Positions 24,235-38,200 of a DNA stretch of 64,000 nucleotides are shown one piece after another. Source of the DNA: Geosiphon pyriformis uo1 (taxonomy: Eukaryota > Fungi > Glomeromycota); the NCBI GenBank assembly GCA_016748015.1, contig JAAOMT010000512.1, positions 1,870,893-1,934,892 on the forward strand, written 5' to 3'. The position numbers and the translations under genes are program-made. Every line of letters begins with the position of its first letter. The stretch's first letter is position 1. Under the pieces are notes generated by a model. It made no database searches and had not been told where the DNA came from. It was given only the letters and a program-made list of their open reading frames with translations.

Positions 24235-25037
24235 CTATAACTTGGTGCTTAAGTAGTATTTTGGTATGTTGATATCTGAAGGTTTTGTTATGGAGTTTTT
24301 TGTATAATAGACAAAGATGTAATTAGTTGTTTTTATTTGTAGCTTTCTGAAACCACAGTTTCATTAATTTTTTTTTAGTGTATTGACCAGTAATTTTTCT
24401 GGTAAGTTATCCTCAATTCCGAGTGTCTACCTTTATTTCTGGGTCTTTTAGTGCTATATCCTGACATCAGTACCTCTTCATGTAAATCTTTTTAATCTAG
24501 TTAGTAATACACAAAAAAAATAACAACAGAAAATAAAATGAAATAAAAGAAATAAGCCAAGGCAATAGTTGTTAGTATCCTGTCAATAGCCATAATCAAG
24601 AGCTATTGTTCTAGTGTGGTCAAATATTCAAGACTATCAACACTTCATGTTGATAGTGAAGAGTAGATTGAAATATCAAATAACTCTTTATTAATATTTG
24701 TAAATTAGAAGGTTGCTTAAATTAAATCTAAACTAAAAGATCTGTTTTTCTACTTCTAATGCTATTACTATATATACATAATTGAGATTCTTTAATTTTT
24801 TAATTCTTCACATCAGGAATTCTGGAATTCCTGGAATTCTGCAATTCTTCTGAGAGAAATTTTGGAATTCTAAAATCCTGCGATTTCTTGTATAAGAATC
24901 CTAAAATTCCTGGAATCCTGCAATTCCTTTGAGAAAAATTCTGGAATTTCACATTTACTATGGCTACTTCTGATTGGCTAATTTATATACTAATATACTT
25001 CCTATATTTTATGAGTAATATTATTCTCTTTTTTTTA

Positions 25038-25693
25038 CTATTGAGTTCTATCAAGATCTCCTAATTCTAATTCTTTATCTTTGAGTATTTCTTGAATTTT
25101 TTTTTCAAGAATTACTTGTGCTATCTTGTTCTGTAATTCTTCAAATTGAGCATTTGTTATTTTTCTCATCTGATTAATGGTAATAGAGTTCATTTCTGGA
25201 TTGAGTAAGATTTCTGGTTGATCTTGAAATCCAGTATGTAGCCAATAGATGGTTCTTGCTTGTATGGTCAAATTGTTTTTTCTCACAAAATGTTTTAGTT
25301 GTTGTAGTATTGTTGTGTCAAATAATCGTTTTGTTTTATCTGTGTATAAACTCTTAATGTTTATGTGTTGTCTCAAGTAAAAATAACAAAAGTTTCTTGG
25401 AAATTGTTGTATCCACCAATTCCAAGTTTTTATAGTCAACTCTTGATATTGTGTGACTTTTGGTTATGTTTCTATTACCAATTTTACTTTTGAAATTATT
25501 TTGTCAACAGTGTTTTCTGTATTTTTTCTTATTTTATCCTATGGTCTTCTTCTGATGTGTGTGTATCTGATAGTTTGTTAGTTGATTGTAATTTCCATCT
25601 CTTGTTGTTGGATCAGTTGAAAGAGTTGTTGTGCTAGTGAGTAGATGCTGTCAGTAATTTCTATTTTCTGTTGTCTTTTGTTATGTATATCAT
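25038..25693 (-). pseudogene. ORF3 of element C
   Basis: ORF 25038-25439 (WNWWIQQFPRNFCYFYL...ITNAQFEELQ...DLDRTQ) is highly similar to ORF3 of A. Confidence 0.85.
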
Positions 25694-25719
25694 GTCTTTA
25701 TATATTCTTTTGGTTGTTC

Positions 25720-28700
25720 AATTTTATGTGTTCAGTCCACTGATTATAATTGGTTCTTGATTTTCTAGAATCTTATCTGGTTTGACTAGTATTCTCTGTA
25801 CCCTTAATTGTGGAATATTACTGGTGGATGATAATACTATATAATAATATTGTTTCAGTTGATTACTATGTGCTGCCTTGGTTAAGATTTTGTTGTTCAA
25901 CCTTAATTTATAAGCTTCATTTCCAAGAATTTTTTCTATGTGAAATGGTCCATCCTATTTGGGATCAAATTTTTCACTCCATTGTTTTTCCGTTTTAGTA
26001 TGATGCAAAAGTACTTTGTCTCCAATCTTGAATTCAACTGGTTTCTCTGGTAGTTGGTTATCATGTCTTTTTTTTTGTTTTTTTTGTAACTTTTGAATGT
26101 TATTAGCTGCTTTTCACCATGTGTTTTCTAGTGTCTTCATTAAGTTATATGTTTTTCTCAACAGTGTTTTTTGAAAATTATCTTCTGTTATTGGTTTTGT
26201 TGGATATGTCTTGACTTCTATCTCAACTGGTAATGTTGTTGTTCTACCATATACTAATTCAAATAGTGTTGCTTGTGTAGTGTCTTGTTTCATTGTCCAA
26301 TAAGCAAATAATACTGATGGTATAATCAAATCCCATTTGTCCTGGTTTTCTTGGCTGATTTTGACAATGGCTTCACACAATGTTCTGTTAAATTTTTTAA
26401 CTAGTCTATTTGTTTATAAATGGTATGGTAATAATAATGGTCTTTTTATCCCAAATCTTTAACTCAATTCTGTTAATGTTCTATTCACAAAGTGAGTTTT
26501 TTGATCCGATAACAATTTTTTTGAACATCCATGTCAATAAATCAAGTCTTGATAAATGAATTTGGCAATGGATTTTGCATTTGTCTTTTGAATGGCTTTT
26601 GCTTCTGGCCATTTTGTGAAATAATTTATGGCTATTGCAATATATTTGTTGCTTCTGCTGGTGATTGTTAATGGTCTAACTAAGTCAATTCCAATGCAAT
26701 CGAATAGTTGTCTCACTTTGATTGGTCTCAATGGTTTACTGGGTTTTGTTCCTCCTCTAACAAGCATCACAATTTTGAACATATTGGATGATGTCTGGAT
26801 ATATTGATAACTAATAGTATCTTTTTCTGATTCTTTCCATGGTTGCTTCTTTATGAAAATGTTTTGCTGTTGGATCTGAGTGCATGTTGAATAATATTGT
26901 CTCTTTTTCTGGTTTTGTAATTACTCTGATTGGTTAATCTGGATTCTTTCTGTTTTTCCAGTAAAGTATATTTTAGTGGTTAATAAAATATTTTGATTGT
27001 TGTTTTATGTTGTTTTGTTTCTTTTGAAATAATTTCTTCTTAAACAATTGAGTATTTATATAATGTTGAAGTTGTTAATTTTTTTGTATATTCATTTTTT
27101 ATTATATTTTTGGGTTGAAATGTTTTTAAATTTGTCTCATTCATAACAGACCATCAGCATTTCTATTGTCTTTTCCTTTTTTATAATATACTGTATAATT
27201 AAATGGTGAAAGTTTTATTTTTCATCTGGCATGATAATTATCTCCAAATTTTTGTTTCTGGATTGAAGTCAATCCTTTGTGATTAGTGTACACATCAAAC
27301 TTTTAACTCAAATATTTTTTCCATTTGATAACAGCCCAATAGATAACTAAGTATTCTAGTGCTGGAGTTCCATAGTTCTTTTCTGCTGAACTTAAGCTTT
27401 TACTGATATAAACTACTGAATGTTCTCTTCCATCTGGTCCTCTCTATGATAGTATTGCTTCCAATGCTTGGCCTGATGCATTGGTGGTAATGATGAATGG
27501 TTTGCTGTAATCTGGATACATCAACATTGAAGCTTGGATAAGCTTTCTTCTTAATGTGTCAAACACTTTTTGTTGAGCTTCTGTCTATTTGTACTTTACA
27601 TTTTTGGTTTGTAGATAATGAAATGGCTGAGCCAGTTTAAAAAAGTCCTTGATAAAGCAGCAATAATAGCCTACAAATCTCAAAAATGCTCTTAGTTCTA
27701 TCAAGTTGGTTGGTACTGAAAAGTTTTTTACTATTGCAATCTTGTCTGAATCTGTTTTGATATTATCTTTGCTTACAACATGTCCCAAAAATTTGAGTTC
27801 TGTTTTTCCAAAAAAACATTTGTTTGTATTCAACTTCAATCCTGCTTTTTTTAATCTTTCAAACACTTGTTGAAGATAATGTAAATGATCATTAAATGTC
27901 TTGAAGAACACATTTGTGTTGTCTAAGTAAACAACTACAGATTTTTACAGTAGTCCAGTATAAATAATTTTCATGAGCCATTGGAATGTGGCTGGAGCAT
28001 TCATCAATCCAAATAGCATTACTTCGAATTCAAAATTTCCTTCTCAAGTTGTAAACACTGTCTTTTTTTTATCCTCTGGTTTTATAGCTACTTATCAGTA
28101 ACCACTGTCTAAGTCTAATGTTGAGAACCATTTCTTTTCTTCAAAAGCATCAAACAATTCTTGGATCTTTGGAGTCAGATAGCTATCTTCTTTGGTCACT
28201 TCATTTAGTTTCTGGTAATTCACACAAAAGCAGATTTTTCCATTTTTCTTATGGACTAGTACTACTGGTAATGACTATGGACTTATTAATGGTTGAATTA
28301 ACCTGTTGTCAAACATCTGATTGATTTCTTGATGAATGATTTCATGGCTGGCTAGTGGTATCCTGTATGCTTTTTGTTTTATTGGCATTATATCTTCAGT
28401 CTTAATCTGATGTTGAATTATGTCAGTTTTGCCAAATTCATTTTTGCTGGCAAAGATGTCATTGAAGTTATTGAGTAATATTTTGAGTTGTATACATTGT
28501 AGTAAATCTAGATTTTTCAAGTTTATTTGTTTTAATTGTTCTGGTTGGAACAGATAACATTCTTCTTATTTATATATTGTCTGAGATGTAATATTCACAT
28601 ATCCACATAGTTGTGAAAAATCTGGAATAGTGTTTGGTAATTGTTCTTCAATTTTGGTAGTTAAATATCCAATAATAGTTTTTTCCAGTATCTTGATAAT

Positions 28701-31700
28701 GTCTCCTGTGTAGTTATAAATGGGAATTTTAATGTGGTTGTGGTTTTTGGCTGGTATGTGTAAATTAACTAATTTAATCTTTTCTGATTCACAAAAGGTT
28801 GCTTCTGCTTCAAAAATTTAAACCTAATCCTTCACTTTTCTCTCTATGGTTACCATATACTGGTCATATGACGAAATAGAAATTGGTTAACATGTAAAGA
28901 TAATTTCTCTCTTGTTAACAATTTCTTTCTCTGTCATATTGACTGGTACATCTATTCTACCTGTGGATCCAAATCCCTGTATCTTTCTAACTGTAATCCC
29001 TAATTTTTCTCTGTTTCCCACTAATACTAGTTAAGCTATTTTCACTAGAAGCAGAAATATTGTCTGTGTTATCTTTTCATTTGGTTCTATGATATAGGTT
29101 TTTACTGAATTATTTTATAGCATAGCAATAATATTTTCTACATATCCTGTGTCAATTATCCCTTCTCTGATGTTGATTCTCTTTTTTACTAAACTACTTC
29201 TGGATGCTAATTGAACCATAATTGTTGCTGGAATTTGCAGTGCTATTTTGAGATTGATGCAGGTGCATGAATGTGGTTCCAATTTAATGATATCTCTTCC
29301 TGGATACCTCAGATCAAATCCTGCATCAGTATTATGTACATATTCTGACATGATATTCTTATTGTTATTGCTAAACCATTTTAGTTTCTGCTTTTTGGTA
29401 AGGTCTGAAAGCACAATATATTGTTTGTAGTTTATATTGGAGTTTAAATCTGGGTTTAAATTATTGTTGTTATTATGGCCATATTGAGTGGAACTGGAAC
29501 TGTTGTTTTCATTGTCATCATTGTTAGAGTTTGAATCAGAATTGAACTTTGATTCCAATTCTGATGCACAGCTGCTAATTGGTTCTTCCTCTTTTGAGAT
29601 TGTGTAGATCATGCATGGTGGTGGATTATAAATAAGATCACACTCATTACAATATTGAAATCACATGAAATTAAACAGTAATCATATAGTCGGATATTTA
29701 TTTGAGCCAAATACTGCTCTTGTTCCTCTCTTGTTAGTGCCAAATTTTGTTAATGCTCATGAAATTCTTTTGGATCTGCTTTCAGATCCAGGAAAGCATT
29801 TGAGTTGAGGATCAGAACAATGTTGACTGGTTCTGGAGAGTTGTTCTTGATTTCCAATATTTCACTGGGCATAGTGTCTTTTACTTTGGCATTTGCCATC
29901 TGCCAAATCTCATTCTTGTTGTGTGGATAACCATCCAAGCAAGAGATCACATGGTGCCAGATGACAGTTATTGGCATATCACAACTTATCCAATTGCTAA
30001 TAAGGATCGTGTATTGACATAAAGTGTCACACATTCCTTCTCAACCAGGAATGTCATTTTACATTCTTTCATCAAGCAGTTGTTCACTATAAGCAAGGCA
30101 TAGTTTATTGTCCCACTTGCTTTGTTTTTTTTGATAGCCATAGCATTCGCAGTAACAAGGCTTGCAATAGTAATGGATTTATGTCCAGTAATCTTCATCT
30201 GATACAACCTAAGCTCTTATGAAAGACAATTTTTTTTTGCAGTCTTTGCACCTAAGGGGAATATAAGGTGGTTCTGACCTGGTATCTGTTGAGTATGTAC
30301 TTCCCTAACTGCTTGTTATGGTGGTGTCATTGGTTTTTTTAGGTATGGTTTTCTCCTTTTTTTTCCCTTTTCTTTTGTCTTTTTTTTCCCAGTCTAGAAT
30401 CAGTGACATTTTATTTTGATTATTGTTATTCCATGTGTTTTGATCAATTCTCCAGATAAGTTTTTCTGTGCACTTTTTTTTTTCTTGTTTGTTTTATGAA
30501 AGTATTGGTGATAGCTTGTTGTGGTTCTCATCAGCTCACAAGACTTGATAGGCTTTCCAAAGAGATTTGCTTACTTCTTTCTCGAGTTTTATTAATGGTG
30601 CTGGCACATTAGTGGTTTTAAAATGACTGCATGTTGCTAGTGCTTGTGTGTATTGGCCATTTTGGCTGATTTGCAATTTTTGAGTAGTCTAATTAAGTGT
30701 CATGTTGGTTTTGGACAGCCAATCATTTCCTATTAGAGCTTGATATTGGATGGCTTCCATAACTAATACTTTGATTGATATGATGATGTCATTGACCTCT
30801 ATAGGAAGGTCACCAATCAGGGTTTTGGTCACTCTATTAGCAGTAATTATGTGCATACTGGCAATGTGATCAACTTGACAATCTAATTGGTCCATGAGAT
30901 GTTGTGTAATGATGCTGCCAGCTAATCTACTGTCTAGAATTAGTTTGATGACATGACCATTAACTTTTATATTAGTGTACATGGCAGTAATTGGTTTGGT
31001 GTTAAGAGTGGCTCCACTAAATAATAGGACTAGTGTGGTTTCTTCTAGTTCAAAAGAAAAAATAACTGCTAGAGATTTGTTATTAGAAATAGTTGCTGGT
31101 AAAATATTACTGGTAAGTGGTTAATTCTGGTTAGATTCTGGATTGTTGGATGGGGTGCCTTCTGGAATAACCAGAAGACTTAAATAGTTCTGGAAATTCA
31201 AATTTTGGACATGGCTGGTGCCCAAATTCTAGTGACAAGATCTTGATTGTTGGGCTGATAAACTGGAGATCAGTTGGTGAATTATTATTGCTGATTTCCA
31301 GTTTTGTTGTGTCATTCTTGGCCTGTGTGTTCCATTTTAAGGTAAGTTTTGTGGCAGTGTTTGAATTTGTTGGAGTTGATAGATTACTGGTGGCTGTGGT
31401 TGATATATTACTTGTGGCTGTGGCTGATAAATTGGAGTTTAATATACTGGTGGTTAATAGATTGGCTGCTGCATTATTGGCAGGTATGTAGGTTGATATT
31501 GATTTTGGTTTAAGTAAGGATTCGGGTTTGAAACTGGCAATTGGGGTTTCTGTATTGATTTTCTGATCATTGGTTTTTATTATTAAATTGGCAGTCAATT
31601 TTTAGATGGTCTTGTCTTCTATAGTTGTGGCAAACATGTATTTCTGGCTGTCACAACTGATTGGATGATAATGGTTGTGACTGATGTTGGAAATGATTCA

Positions 31701-34323
31701 CATTTTCTTGGTTACTGCATCATTGTGGGGGTTGATAAACTGCCTGATTATTGCTAGTTAAGTATCTCTCTAGTTTTTGATTAATTGAATTACTGAATTG
31801 TTTCAATTTGGAATCCAATTCAGATGATCTATTTATTACTAGATTTATGGCTTGGATGTGGTTGGCTTCTAACTCAGCTAACTTAAAGTCTCTGGTATGT
31901 GTAACTGTGTCTTAAAGAATGGCTGCATGTAATGGATGTATGTGTTGTAAAATGCTACTACACAGACCACAAATGAACTGATTCAAGATTTGTGGTTCTG
32001 TGAAATAGTTGGTGTTAATTGCTTGAATTTGGCACAGATTTTGCTGGAAACATCTCAAGTAAGTGGTAACTGCTTCAGTATCTTCCTGTTTAATGGTGGT
32101 GAAGATATTGGCCAAGCAATTAATGCTATTATTATTACTAAAATATTTTAAGAATTCAAGTTTGAATTCTTGGAAGGTTTGTGGTCTAGCTGCTAAACTC
32201 TGATACCATATATTAGCAGTATCTTGGAGAAAGTAAGAAATCACTTGAAGGGCTCTGTTGTTATCCCAATTATTGGCAGTAATGGCTTTGGCAACGTCAT
32301 TGATCTATGCTTAAGCATTGTCTTCTTTATCAGTGAATTTCTTAAGTTTGGCAATTGGAGCATAGGCCATTAAATTCATGTTTTGTTGTTGAGGTGGTTG
32401 TTGCAGTGGTTGTGGTTGTTAAAGAGGTTGTTGAATTAGTTGAATTAGTTGTAGAGGCTCAGTTATTGGATTAATCAGTGGCTGATTGATGATGATTATT
32501 GGAAGTATATTTGGTTGATTAATTAATTTAGAGTTTGGATTATTCTGATTTTTTAATGGTAGAATATTTGGAGTTTTGACTTCCAGATTTTCTAAATTTG
32601 GATTTTGTTGAGTCTGAAAGTTTGGGGTTTCAATGTCCAGGTTTTCTGGAATTAAATTCTGGTAAGTAAATTTCTGATTTTTGGTTTCTTCTTTTTCTTC
32701 CTTTTTTGATTCTGTTACCTCCTATGGATCAGCTGTTTCAAAATCTGGTGAAGGTGGCAGTAATCAGTATCCTGATGGGATGGTTGATTATGATTTAAAT
32801 CTTTCAAAATAATTACCATAAATTCCTAATAACTCTGCTTTTTTTTGTTTACTTTGAAATTGGAGTCGTTCAAATGTTGATGTCACATTTGATGTGGACA
32901 TGCCTGTTGATGAGATGTTGATGGCACTTCCAAATGTATAATGGTATGATGGGTTTGTTGGTAATTCAACTCTGGTTTTCTTCCATGTGGGTGGTTGGAT
33001 CTCTTTTGGTGTCACTGTTGGTGTTTGTACTCTTCCTTTGCTTTTGTCTATGTAGGTGATGAGGAATTGTTGTTGAGTATATCTTTTAATGGTTTAATTG
33101 ATTTTTCTGATGATTGGTGCAAAACTGTAGTTTCTTGGTAAGCTGGTATGTTGAAACAATTCCATATAGAAATTTTTTTTTGCAGTGTTACCAGATGAAA
33201 TTAAAGATATTGCTTAGTATGAAATTACCCTTATAATTCTTATCATTTCAAATTATCACTTATTACATTAACAAAATATCCGAAATTATCATTTAATTAA
33301 TAACCCAATTTGTACATAACACAAATGTAACCTAATTGCGATGATCAATCATGCAATACTCCAAACTATATAACATTCAAAAAGTTTGCCAAAATTTGTA
33401 GAAATTCACCAAAATAATTGATAGTTCACTGAAATATCTAATAGTTTACAGAAATAACTTGTAGTTTGCCAAAATGTATCTTTGATTCAGTGAAATTATA
33501 GAAAAGAGCAAAGTTCAAGTTCATAGAATAGTGTTATGACAAGTTGTATAAAAGAAAAGCTTCTCTCTTCGAGAAAATGTATCTTACTTTAGATTTATTA
33601 CTTAGAACTATTCCTACACACACAAAAAAAAATAAATATCAAATAAATTTGAAAAACCAAATTCTTTAATTATTGCTTAGAAAATCTCCAAAAACCCAAT
33701 TAACATTTTGAAATTGATTAGCTACCAATTTCAATAAACTGTTAGTGACTCCAGGCCTGGATAGAAAACGTTTTCCTTGACAGAATTCAATTTCTTTTAC
33801 ATTTTTTTTATTTTTTTTTTCTTTTCTTATTACAATCATTAGAGTAGCCTACAGACAAGATTTCTGTAGAAGAGTTGACTTTTACAGTAAAGTAACTACA
33901 CATTTTTAGTGAGCTTTCAGATGAGCAATTCCTGGGAAAGAGTTGACATTTACTACAACATAACTACATAAAGTAACTGGCAAAAAATTGGCTATTCCAC
34001 TATAAGCTCAGCAGTTCAAATTATAGGAGATAATTTGAAGATAAATTCAGTTATTGGAGGTTCAACTATTTCTAGAAAACGTAAATTTGCAACCAACAGA
34101 CATTTACAACATTCAAGAAAAGAGACCAAAAACCTCTGGTAACAGCAGATTCAATGTTAACTGTTTCTCCTAAGCAGTCTGTGATTTTATTATTGATGTA
34201 GAAATTAAAGGCTGATTCTGTTAGGAAATGGTTATTGTTTAATTCCAATTGTTGGCTGTATTGTTGAAACAAGGATTTGGTGAATCCTAAATGATTTGCT
34301 TCTATGATTTCTGATTTTGCCAC
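25720..34323 (-). pseudogene. gag-pol remnant of element C (interrupted by a solo LTR at 33186-34144)
   Basis: Gag 31912-32244, PR ILDSRLAGS 30689-30982, dUTPase DAGFDL/SRSS/IIDTGY 29115-29612, RT 27585-28520, IN 26114-26782. Confidence 0.9.
33186..34144 (+). mobile_element. Solo LTR of the B family inserted in the gag 5' end of C
   Basis: TGTTACCAG...CTGGTAACA, perfect TSD GCAG (33182-33185/34145-34148); reverse-complement homologue of 407-1368. Confidence 0.92.
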
Positions 34324-34385
34324 TTTTAGATAATTGTTGTTGGTGCTGGTTCTTTGTAGGATTATATTTCACAGGAAGCACCAAT

Positions 34386-35217
34386 TGTTACAAGTAATTA
34401 TTTGAGGTCTCAAATCAAATAATAAATTTGTAACTTGGTGCTTGAGTAGTATTCTGGTATGTTGATATCTGAAGGTTTTGTTATGGAGTTTTTTGTATAA
34501 TAGACAGAAATATAATTGGTTGTTTTTATCTATAGCTTCTCGAAACCACAGTTTCATCAATTTCTTTCTCAGCATAATAGCCAGTAATTCTTCTGGTAAG
34601 CTATCCTCAATTCTAAGTGTCTACTTTTATTCCTGGGTCTTTTACCAGTGCTATATTCTGACATCAGTATCTTTGTGCATAAATCTTTTTAATTCAGTTA
34701 GTAATATACAAAAGAAATAACAACAGAAAATAAAATGAAATAAAAGAAATAAACCAAGGCAATAGTTGTTAGTATTCTGTCAATAGCCATAATTAAGAGC
34801 TATTATTCTAGTATGGTTAAGTATTCAAGACTATCAATATAAAGTGTTGATAATAGAGAGTAGATTGAAATATCAAATAACTTTTTATTAATATTTGTGA
34901 ATTGGAAGGTTGCTTAAATTAAATCTAAATTGAGAGATCTGTTTTTCTACTTTTAATACTACCACTATATATACATAATTGAGATTCCTTAATTTCTCAA
35001 TTCTTCATACCAGAAATCTTGGAATTCCTGGAATCTTGCAATTTCTTTAAGAAGAATCCTGGAATTCTGGAATCCTGTGATTCCTTGTATAAGAATTCTG
35101 AAATTCCTGGAATCCTGCAATTCTTTTGAAAGGAATTCTAGAATTTCACATTTACTATGGCTATTTCTGATTGGCTAATTTATATGCTAATATACTTCCT
35201 ATATTCTATGAGTAATA
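34386..35217 (-). repeat. 5' LTR of element C
   Basis: Matches 23133-23178 + 24239-25020; the PBS is adjacent. Confidence 0.92.
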
Positions 35218-38200
35218 TTATTAAACTTTAATAAAATAAAATTAAAATTCTAAAATTTACAATATATTAAATTTTAAATATATATTGTTTTATTTTAAAA
35301 AATTTACATATTTAAATAATTATAATATTATTAAATTTTATATTAACAAATTATAATTAAGTTTAATTTTAATTATTATTATTATTATTATTATTTTGTA
35401 ATTTATAATTTAAGTATTTAACAAGTATTTTGTAATTTGTAATTTAATTATTTAATAAGTATTTTGTAATTTATAATTTAATTGTTTTAATATTTACAAT
35501 TTTGTAAACTTAATATATATTATTATTAATTTTGTAAAATAATTTTACAAAATAATTTTTTGTTTTTTACATTAATAAGTAAACTAAATAATAATAACAC
35601 TAATAATAATAATATAAAAATAAATAATATTAACATAAATAAACAATATTTAATAGAAAAAATTTATTATTTTATTAAAATAACAATATAAATTTAAATA
35701 ATATAAACACAATTTCAAAAATTTTTAAAATTAAAATTAAATAAATAATTACAAAATCTTTAAAAATTAATTTTAATATTATCATTAATAATTTAAGTGC
35801 TTTTTTTCTCTTTTTTTTAAAATTAAAGTTAATATTTTTATTATAAAGTTATTGTATTAAATATTAAGCTTTTTACAATTGGTAATAATTTTTTTAAAAA
35901 AAAATTAAAAATAATTAAGAATATGTTTTTAAATATAAATAGTTTTAAAAAAGTTTTTACCTTCTTAAAATTTGATAAAATTATTTATGTTATTTTTACA
36001 TATAAATTAATAATGTTAAAAACTGTGAATTTAACAAATATTAACAATATAATAGTAAACATTAATTTTAAAAATAATTAATTAATTATATAACTCAAAT
36101 TGTAATACTTAAAAAAAAATCTTATTAGAACTTTTTTTAAAGCTATATATATTGTATTGTCTAAATTTGACAATATTAAATTAATTAAAATATTAATAAA
36201 ATTATAATAAAAAGCATTAGTGAAATTTAAAAATCAAGCTTAAATTAATTTTTTTATATTTAAATAATTTATTCTAATTAGTAAAAATATAATTTATATA
36301 ACTAAATCAATATTAATAAGTTATTATAAAATATTAAAATATTTATTGAATTTTGTTTTATATTTTGTTAAATAAATATTATTGTACATAATTTGTAAAT
36401 TTTTCTAAAATTAATTAATAAAAAAACTTGTATAATTAATTATTATTATATTATATATGTTTATACAAAATATATTATTGTTTGTTTTAAATTTAAAAAA
36501 ATATAATATAAATTTTGATTATAGTTTTAGTTTTTAAAAACATTAATTTAAATTAAATTAAGTTAAATTTGCTTAAATATTCTTTTTGTAAAAATTTTGA
36601 TCATATTATATTAATATGTAATTTAAATACAATTTTATCTTTAAGAATTAAAACCAGAAAATCATTTTTAAATTTTAATAAAAGTAGTTTAACAGCTATT
36701 TATACCAAAAAATCAGCTTTTATTACTTGTTTAATGTTTTTAAAAGTAAATTTTAGATCCAAATTACAAGTAATAATTATTTTAATATTTTTTTGGTTTG
36801 TTTTTTAGTAGTTTTTTATTTATAAATACTTAATTTTTTTTATTATTTAATATTTTTATTTTTTTGTTGTAATTACTGGTTTAAATTTAATTATAAATAA
36901 TTTTTTTGTATTTTTATTATTAATTTTATTTAATAATATTAATAATTTCTTATTTCTAAATATAAGCAATAATAATAATAATATTTTTAAACTTAATAGT
37001 TTCAAAATTAATATGTTAAAACCTAAAAACTCTATAGAAACTGTTTTTATAAAACTAATTATTTGTGTATTAATTCGGTTTTCTCTTTTTTTCTATTTTT
37101 AATATTAAAATTAATTTAAAAAATGGCTATATACAATATTTAAAATATAAATAATTTAATTTTTATAGTTGTAGAAACAAAATTAAAAGATTAAATTAAA
37201 CTTTAAATAAAAAATAACTTTAATAATATATATATTTTTATATTTGGTTTAGATATTAGTTATTTAAACTATAATATTACAATTAGTATAAACAATAATC
37301 TAATTTATTATTTTTATAAAATTTTTAAAATAGTTAATTAATTTTTGTTAAGATTACTATTATTATAAGTAAAAGTTTTGAGATTTATAAAGTTTTTATA
37401 ACTTAATATTAAGATTAGTTGTTGCTATAATTTAAAATTTTTTTAAATATTTGGTTTAAAAGTTTTTTGTATAATAAACAAAAATTCAATATAATAATAA
37501 ATAATACTTAATATTTAATTTTTTTGGTATAATAATTGGTTTATTCTAATATTTACACTTTTTTAATAAACAATTCTAGTTTTTATAACTATATTTATAT
37601 TTTTTCTTGGTATTTTTTACTAAATAATTTTTAATATTATAATTTTAGTGTTTTTTTTAATTAATTAGTAAAATAAAACAAACATAAAAAGAAGCAATAA
37701 TAAAAATAAAAATTCGTATTTTATTAATAATTATAATTAAAAACTATTGTTTTAATGATATTAAATATATAATATTAATTTAAATAAGTTAAATTTTAAT
37801 AAATAAAACTTTTTTTTATCCCAAATTTCCAAAAAAGAGTTAAATTTTTGAAAGAAGTTTTTTTTGTTTTATATTTATTATTTATCAAGAAATAAATCTT
37901 TTCATTGTTAAACTGTTGTTAAAAAAAAACCAGTTAAAGTTATAACTTTGGGCTTTTTTAATAAAAGCTTAGCTCAAAAACAAAAAGTATCTTTGGGTAA
38001 TATTAAGCATTTTAACAATAAAACAAATATAAGTTTTTATAGAATTAAGCAGATAATTAATTAGTTTGCTAAAATAAATACAGATAAAGAAATATCAGTA
38101 ATTTTTTTTGTAAATATTAAAGGTAGTTATAAAGTTAATAGTAAAAATAAAAGTTACTTTAATTCAAAAATAAATACTTTAAAGACCAAAAAAATTAATA

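Larger units (their letters stand above)
23133..35217 (-). mobile_element. Full-length Ty3/Gypsy element C (A-like family), carrying two nested solo LTRs
   Basis: 3' LTR 23133-23178 + 24239-25020, 5' LTR 34386-35217, TSD tcat/ttat, PBS 34367-34383, decayed PPT ~25021-25036, and minus-strand ORF remnants of every domain seen in A. Confidence 0.92.
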
